Of a stretch of DNA of 32,000 nt, positions 26,249-32,000 are shown in pieces. The translations under genes and the position numbers were made by a program. The DNA is from Candidatus Harpocratesius repetitus (GTDB lineage: Archaea > Asgardarchaeota > Lokiarchaeia > Sigyniarchaeales > Promethearchaeaceae): assembly GCA_021498095.1 (NCBI GenBank), contig JAIZWK010000001.1:2190001-2222000 (forward strand), written 5' to 3'. The notes under the pieces were generated by a model. That model made no database searches, was not told the DNA's origin, and saw only the letters and a program-made list of their open reading frames with translations. Positions within the stretch are counted from its first letter, which is position 1. Each line of letters opens with the position of its first letter.

Positions 26249-29134
26249 TCATTTAATTCTTTTCTTTTTTATTCTCATTTCGATTATTTTCTGAAGATCT
26301 CTATGAAATTGTTGAATTTGTACAGAACATTCAAGAATTGAAAGAATTTTCTGATCTAACTTAATTTTTTCTTTTCTTTGAATATCTTGACTAACTGGTA
26401 AGAATTCGATTTTTAGAATGTTTTGGGATAACGCTATCAATTCTTTTTTCTGAGAAACAGTTAATTTTTCAATTTTTAAAATCATTATTTTTGCTATATC
26501 GAAACTTGCAGTATCGAGAGCTCCACCTCCAAAATTAGTTCTGCCATGCAATTCTATGCTAAAAGGAAATAGTGAAGATAATAAAATAGCTATAACTAAA
26601 TTTCTATCGTTAGAATATAAAGGAAAAAGATCTAACTGATAAAATGTATTATTTGCAATAATATCTGGTTTAGTAAGAACGACTCGAAAAGTATCATTGA
26701 ATATCTTTTGAATATAAATATTTTGATAAATTTTGGTTTTTGATTTTTTAGAAATATCATTCAACTGGCTTTTTTCGGTTTTTGGTTTAAGACAATACCA
26801 TGAATTTGGATCTTTCTTATATTTTTGATGAAATGATGCTAGATTATTGATACCTTGGATAATTCTTCCCCGATTTGCACCTTTTTTGATTGTAATTCTT
26901 TTTGATTCAGCATATTCAATATATTCCAAGGTATGATAAAATCCTTGCTGTTTAAGTTCCATTTTAGTCAAATTTGTATAGAAAAGATATGTATTTAGAT
27001 CCTTATTATCAAGTAATGGAATATTTACCTGTTTAGGAGATAATAAAAATGGACGAAGAACTTGATCTTCAAGAATAAAAGTATCCCCATAACCATTTTT
27101 ATAAGAATTATCTGAAACTTTTCTTAACACAAAAAAATCGTTGCAGTTAGTTGTGATTCCTCTTGTAATTTTTCCGTAATCGCCCAAATATGCCAATTTT
27201 GAACCCAAAAGACTTCTAAAAACAAAAAAACTTTTGGGTGCAATAAAAAAGTAATTTCCCCATTGATATCCTTGATAAATAATATCAGATATATTTGGTC
27301 TAATTCTGTTTTCGTTTTTTCTTTCGTTCGTCCAATTAAACATAGTCATTGAAGAGATCTGGATTAATCTATAGGACATATCTTTAGAATTTATTATGGA
27401 CCACTTACTAAAAGAATTAGAATTGTTAGTATGGTTTTTAATTAAATAGGGACTTTGATTTTTTATTTTAATTTGATTCCACAATTCTTGGGAAAGAATT
27501 AGTTGAAGGAATGGCTTGAAATCTTGAAAATCTAATAAATGAAATGGTTTGTTCCAGCGAATAAAAGAATTATTTACTTCAAATGTTGGAAGAAGGAATT
27601 TTTCTTCTTTGTTTTTTCTTATTTTACTAAAAAATGATATTACTGTATTGATCTCTGCAAATTTGAACGAACGGGCTGAATTATCAGCTATTTGCCATAT
27701 TTTCATGAAACGGAGTAAAAATTCTTGAAATTGATAGCCATATTTAACATTCATCCATGAATTAGAAGTGATGAATGATAAAACACCGTAAGGGGATAAT
27801 AATTCGGCGCTATGCAGAAAAAAATACAGGCTGTAATCCATATGATTGTTGAAATCTATTTTAAATTGATTCTTGAATTGAATTAATTTTTTGTTTAATT
27901 TATCTCTATATTGCTCAGGAGAAAGAAAAGGTATGCTTCGCATATCACGCAAGTCTCGATGGCGAATGTATGGAGGATTACCAATTATAAGATCAAATTT
28001 AATAGATTTATTTGGTAATTTTTCATTGAATTCAAATAAATAATCTGCTTGAATTAAATGGACAGAATGATTAATAAATTCTTGAATTTGATTGAGATTT
28101 CTCTCAAATATCAAGAATAATACGCACCAAATTCTAAAATTAGTTATATAAAGTGCAGTTAAACGTAAATCGCATCCGAATATTTGAAAATTTTTTAATA
28201 ATTCATGATAATCTTTAGGATTATTAAATGAGGGGATAATAAATTTCATTAATTGGAGAAATCTAATAATAAAGGCGCCAGATCCACAAGATGGATCTAA
28301 AACATTAAATGAATTTGATAGAAATAATCCTTCTTTATTAAAATTTTGATTTGAAAGTATTTTTTTTCTAAAATTCATGATTTCATTTTGGTTAATTATA
28401 AATTCATTATCATGTTTTGATTGAAAAACGCGTTGAAATAATAAAATAATCCATTTTTCTGCATTAATTCGCGTATTTTTTGTGAATTTATCCGAAATAT
28501 TCAAAATGTAATATACTAAACTAAATAGAATCGAATATGATACTTCTGCCAATGGAGAGAAAAATGTTCCACTATGAGCTAGATCTTGCTCTTCATTTAG
28601 AATTATATGTTGATAAAAGTAATCTAAAAATGCAGGAGTTATTTTAGTTGTAGAATTCGAGTTATTTTTATGTAAATCAGAAGATTCTTTTATATTATAT
28701 ATAATCGATGATTTTTGTAATTTTTGAAAGCCTTTAACTATATCTGAATTAACAAAAATCGGTTGTTCTTCTTTATTTTCATGTTTTTGATACTGAAATA
28801 TCTCTGGAAGTACATCCTTCTCACAATGGAATATATCTGAAAGTTCTTTTTCGAATGCCTGTTCATTAACAAGATAAAGTTGATCAAGATTTGATTGATC
28901 CTGTTTCTCGAAAAGAATTGAAATAATATTTCGAGAATTCTTTTGGGATTGCAATTTTTGATGCTTTGTTGACTTCAAAATCATAAAACCCACAAATCTT
29001 AAGAAGAATAGATTAATTCGATCTATATTTTGCTTTATGATCAAAGTTTTATCTATACTCACATTCATCCTTTGAAAATTAATCCATTTTTTACGGATAG
29101 TATCAAGTTGTTGGATCCATTCCCTAATATCCAT
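26249..29134 (-). CDS. Large N6-adenine DNA methyltransferase, Eco57I/Type IIG-like, with a C-terminal target-recognition region
   Basis: VLDPSCGSGAF (SAM motif I), IIGNPPYIRH (motif IV), SGTFFSP (YTP-like), FITSNSW and RGITT...FF; 961 aa. Confidence 0.85.
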   Translation of the reverse strand: MDIREWIQQLDTIRKKWINFQRMNVSIDKTLIIKQNIDRINLFFLRFVGFMILKSTKHQKLQSQKNSRNIISILFEKQDQSNLDQLYLVNEQAFEKELSDIFHCEKDVLPEIFQYQKHENKEEQPIFVNSDIVKGFQKLQKSSIIYNIKESSDLHKNNSNSTTKITPAFLDYFYQHIILNEEQDLAHSGTFFSPLAEVSYSILFSLVYYILNISDKFTKNTRINAEKWIILLFQRVFQSKHDNEFIINQNEIMNFRKKILSNQNFNKEGLFLSNSFNVLDPSCGSGAFIIRFLQLMKFIIPSFNNPKDYHELLKNFQIFGCDLRLTALYITNFRIWCVLFLIFERNLNQIQEFINHSVHLIQADYLFEFNEKLPNKSIKFDLIIGNPPYIRHRDLRDMRSIPFLSPEQYRDKLNKKLIQFKNQFKIDFNNHMDYSLYFFLHSAELLSPYGVLSFITSNSWMNVKYGYQFQEFLLRFMKIWQIADNSARSFKFAEINTVISFFSKIRKNKEEKFLLPTFEVNNSFIRWNKPFHLLDFQDFKPFLQLILSQELWNQIKIKNQSPYLIKNHTNNSNSFSKWSIINSKDMSYRLIQISSMTMFNWTNERKNENRIRPNISDIIYQGYQWGNYFFIAPKSFFVFRSLLGSKLAYLGDYGKITRGITTNCNDFFVLRKVSDNSYKNGYGDTFILEDQVLRPFLLSPKQVNIPLLDNKDLNTYLFYTNLTKMELKQQGFYHTLEYIEYAESKRITIKKGANRGRIIQGINNLASFHQKYKKDPNSWYCLKPKTEKSQLNDISKKSKTKIYQNIYIQKIFNDTFRVVLTKPDIIANNTFYQLDLFPLYSNDRNLVIAILLSSLFPFSIELHGRTNFGGGALDTASFDIAKIMILKIEKLTVSQKKELIALSQNILKIEFLPVSQDIQRKEKIKLDQKILSILECSVQIQQFHRDLQKIIEMRIKKKRIK

Positions 29135-29260
29135 ATAATTTCATAGGTATATAGCTTTCTTTAAAAATATCTTTTTTTCTTGTTTTAATATTTCATTAGA
29201 AAATTCTTATTCCGTTTTAATTTAGAATTCTAAAATTTGATGTGATTAAAAATTTAAAGG

Positions 29261-30769
29261 ATGATACCCAACAAAATACAAATGGACTCACCACTTTCTA
29301 TATCTAAAACAATTGTTGAACCTGAATCTTTTCATACTCTGTTTTATCCTAAATCCATTGCAATTATTGGCGCATCTAAAAATCTTATTGGTGGAAGTAA
29401 ATATTATATTGCGTTAAAATCATCAAGATATATTCCAGATAAGGGGAAAGTCTATTTAATTAATCCAAAAATTGATACTCTTTTTGGAGAACCCGTTTAT
29501 CCAAGCATCTTAGATCCTAAAGTTCCAAAACCGATTGATCTGGCGATTATTGCAGTTTCAGCTGCTATTGTTCCTAAAATTCTATTGGAATGTCATACTA
29601 ATGTTAAGTTTGCAGTGATATATGCATCTGGTTTTGGAGAAGCAGGAAATGAAGAATTGGATAGAAATCTTAAAGAAGTTATTGCTCAAATCGATACTCG
29701 AGTAATTGGTCCAAATGGTTTAGGAATATTAAATCCTTATTCAAAAGTTCAAATCTACCCAGATTGGGCTCCATATAAAGGAAATTTATCGTATATTGCC
29801 CAATCAGGGGGAACAATGGCTCGTTTATATTTATGTTTAGGTCCATTAGGTATTGGATTTCATAATGTTGTATCCATTGGAAATGCTTATGATATTTCCA
29901 TAGCTGAACTAATCTCATATTTTAATAAAGATTCTCGAACTAAAACCATTGCACTTTACTTAGAATCAGTTCCTAATGGACGAGAATTTATGCAAATTGC
30001 GAGAAAAATAACTCCCAACAAACCGATTGTGTTATGGAAAGGGGGACAATCAGAAAGAGGAATAACGGCAACTTTTTCTCATACTGGAGGAATGGCTGGA
30101 AGATACGATGTTTGGAAGGCAATGTGTAAGCAATCTGGAATAATACTGGCGGATCATTTTGAATTATTCCAAGATTTAGTTCAAACAATATGTGTCCGAC
30201 CATCGCTGCCTAATGGATTACGGGTTGCGATATTAGTAGCTGGTGGTGGAATAGGTGTTGAATTTACGGACACTTTTGAAAAATTCGGATTGGAAATTCC
30301 TGATTTTGATCCAGAAACGGTCCAAACCTTATCTGAAATCTTTCCTCATGTTAATACTAATTTTAAAAATCCTGTGGATTTAGGAGAATGGGGTTATAAT
30401 CCTGTATTATTTGAAAAAGCACTAGATGCTGTTGTGAAAGATAAAAATGTGGATATTGTAGTTTTCGTTCGAGAACCTGAACGATTTAGAATAATATCAG
30501 AATTACTCAATATTCCTGATGCACAAAAAGAAACAATTGATTCATTAGCAAGAATTGCGAAAAAGACAGAAAAACCATTATTCTGCAATCCTAGTATGAA
30601 TAAAGATGATACCGAATCTTATAAACTGCGACATGAATTTCAAATTGCTATGATTAAAGCAGGTATACCTGTAATAAATTATATGTTAAATATTCCAAAA
30701 ATAATATTACAACTTTGGAATTATCGTAAATTCCTAAAACATGAAATTTTTGATAAAAATATTACTTAA
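29261..30769 (+). CDS. NDP-forming acyl/acetate-CoA synthetase (ACD) alpha subunit
   Basis: SIAIIGAS (CoA-binding), YASGFGEAG, IGPNGLG, IAQSG, SIGN, YLES, and SHTG with the phosphorylated His; no ATP-grasp domain. Confidence 0.9.
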   Translation: MIPNKIQMDSPLSISKTIVEPESFHTLFYPKSIAIIGASKNLIGGSKYYIALKSSRYIPDKGKVYLINPKIDTLFGEPVYPSILDPKVPKPIDLAIIAVSAAIVPKILLECHTNVKFAVIYASGFGEAGNEELDRNLKEVIAQIDTRVIGPNGLGILNPYSKVQIYPDWAPYKGNLSYIAQSGGTMARLYLCLGPLGIGFHNVVSIGNAYDISIAELISYFNKDSRTKTIALYLESVPNGREFMQIARKITPNKPIVLWKGGQSERGITATFSHTGGMAGRYDVWKAMCKQSGIILADHFELFQDLVQTICVRPSLPNGLRVAILVAGGGIGVEFTDTFEKFGLEIPDFDPETVQTLSEIFPHVNTNFKNPVDLGEWGYNPVLFEKALDAVVKDKNVDIVVFVREPERFRIISELLNIPDAQKETIDSLARIAKKTEKPLFCNPSMNKDDTESYKLRHEFQIAMIKAGIPVINYMLNIPKIILQLWNYRKFLKHEIFDKNIT

Positions 30770-30771
30770 AA

Positions 30772-31698
30772 TTAGACATATATTGGATCTGGTTCAATAC
30801 CCGGGCTGATTAATAATTTCATTGTTTTTTTTAAGATATTAATACTATTCTTCATTTCTAATGAAACTTGTTCAGGAGATTTCCACACTACATACAATGG
30901 GTACGTCTTACCTTTTTTCTTTATAAAAAATTTAGAAAAATATATTTTACAATCATTGATATTGATTTCTAATTCGCTAATGATATTCAGTGATTCATCG
31001 ATTTTTTGCAGATAAAATAAGATTTGATTATTTAATTCTCTATCAATGTAGATATTTTCTGAGAAAATTGCACCTACTTGATAGAAATTAGAGGTAAAGA
31101 GAAATATTTCGTTAATTTTCCAATTAGATGCAAAATTTCTCAATAACATCTTTACTGGTTGTCTATATTCCATTTCTTCAAATATCGGATCCGAAAAGGC
31201 TGATATAATTGAGATTGGATGCTTGATTGATGTGTTGAAAAATTGATATTTAAAATTTTTTGAATCAAATAAATCTATAATCTTTTTTTGATAAGTAGAA
31301 GCTATTTTATTATATTTTGAAGAATTAGGCTCATCAAATTTATGAAAAAAAATAGAAAACATTTGGAGATGAGATAAATTAGAATTTCTGATTAGTTGAT
31401 TTATAAAATGAATGTTTTCTTGAAATCGTTCTTCATCTTGGATATCAATAACTAAAATAGCTAATTCAACATTATTTAATTCCGATTTTTCATTTTGAAT
31501 AATAAATTCGCGAAAATGAATTTGGCCTGGATAATCCGAAATTATTAAATGATTTCCAAGAAATTCAGAAAAATAGTGCTCGATATTGGTAGTAGGAATA
31601 TTATTGAAATAAGATTGGTAATCACCTCTTAAAATATGGATAATTGATGTCTTTCCTGCATTATCTAATCCTAAAAGAGCTATTTTTTCTAGAGCCAA
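30772..31698 (-). CDS. Small Ras-superfamily GTPase (Arf/Rag-like) with a C-terminal roadblock/longin-like domain
   Basis: G1 GLDNAGKT, G2 PTT, G3 DYPGQ, G4 HKFD, G5 TSI...SIISAFS, then a ~130-aa C-terminal alpha/beta region; TTG start. Confidence 0.9.
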   Translation of the reverse strand: MALEKIALLGLDNAGKTSIIHILRGDYQSYFNNIPTTNIEHYFSEFLGNHLIISDYPGQIHFREFIIQNEKSELNNVELAILVIDIQDEERFQENIHFINQLIRNSNLSHLQMFSIFFHKFDEPNSSKYNKIASTYQKKIIDLFDSKNFKYQFFNTSIKHPISIISAFSDPIFEEMEYRQPVKMLLRNFASNWKINEIFLFTSNFYQVGAIFSENIYIDRELNNQILFYLQKIDESLNIISELEININDCKIYFSKFFIKKKGKTYPLYVVWKSPEQVSLEMKNSINILKKTMKLLISPGIEPDPIYV

Positions 31699-31859
31699 TT
31701 TTGATTACCAAATATATATAGGAATAATTAGAATTTTAATGAAAGTTCTTGCAAATATTCCAAATATAATTCCAAATTCTTAATAAACTTCCAAATTCAT
31801 AATATATTTTCAGATATGCATACAAATAATGAAAAAAAAAGAATGAAAATGGAATATTA

Positions 31860-32000
31860 TTAGCGATTACTCTCATATTCAGAAAAGAGTGTTGTAAATA
31901 TCTCAGGAATTAGTCGCATTTTTTCAGGTGTTTCTACGTATGCAATCCGCATTTGAGTCTTTCCTGGATTATTCTCAGGATCTTCAACGCTATAAAATCC
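31860..32000 (-). CDS. C-terminal fragment of a class I/II PLP-dependent aminotransferase (5' part outside the window)
   Basis: Not in the ORF track. The minus strand reads GFYSVEDPENNPGKTQMRIAYVETPEKMRLIPEIFTTLFSEYESNR*, with TAA at 31862-31860. GFY...G...RIAYV is typical of the end of AspC-like aminotransferases. Confidence 0.7.
   Translation of the reverse strand, partial: GFYSVEDPENNPGKTQMRIAYVETPEKMRLIPEIFTTLFSEYESNR

Noticed and set aside
26249-29134. BREX PglX or a complete RM system
   Set aside because: No brx/pglZ, restriction or specificity genes are in the window, and the motifs fit a generic Eco57I-like methyltransferase.

Overview
AT-rich, gene-dense archaeal window, most consistent with an Asgard archaeon (Lokiarchaeia/Promethearchaeota-like). 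This is inferred from an archaeal tRNA-splicing endonuclease subunit, GAGGTGA-type Shine-Dalgarno sites, an NDP-forming acyl-CoA synthetase, a DUF123 nuclease, an LRR protein, and a small GTPase combining an Arf-like G1 with Rag-like G3-G5 and a C-terminal extension. I support 25 CDSs, two of them partial at the window edges and missing from the ORF track. Housekeeping and metabolic genes: pepD, class II fba, gpmA, purA, ACD alpha subunit, an ECF transporter (T, fused A-A', CbrT-like S), an MFS transporter, two CoA-disulfide reductase/NADH oxidase-family flavoproteins (one a 4-domain sulfur-relay fusion), OsmC, and a large N6-adenine methyltransferase with no visible partner nuclease. The best candidate for new biology is a 259-aa protein (25463-26242) with an N-terminal coiled coil, a Pro-rich repeat region and a C-terminal helix resembling Ena/VASP, WH2 or MIM1 motifs, i.e. 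a possible archaeal actin or ESCRT adaptor. Other leads are a rhomboid fused to a winged-helix/PCI-like domain next to a GT-C glycosyltransferase, a 4TM-zinc finger-LRR protein, and a DHDPS-like aldolase paired with an uncharacterised 418-aa protein. I saw no tRNA, rRNA, CRISPR array or IS element. All family calls come from motif recognition by eye, not database searches.
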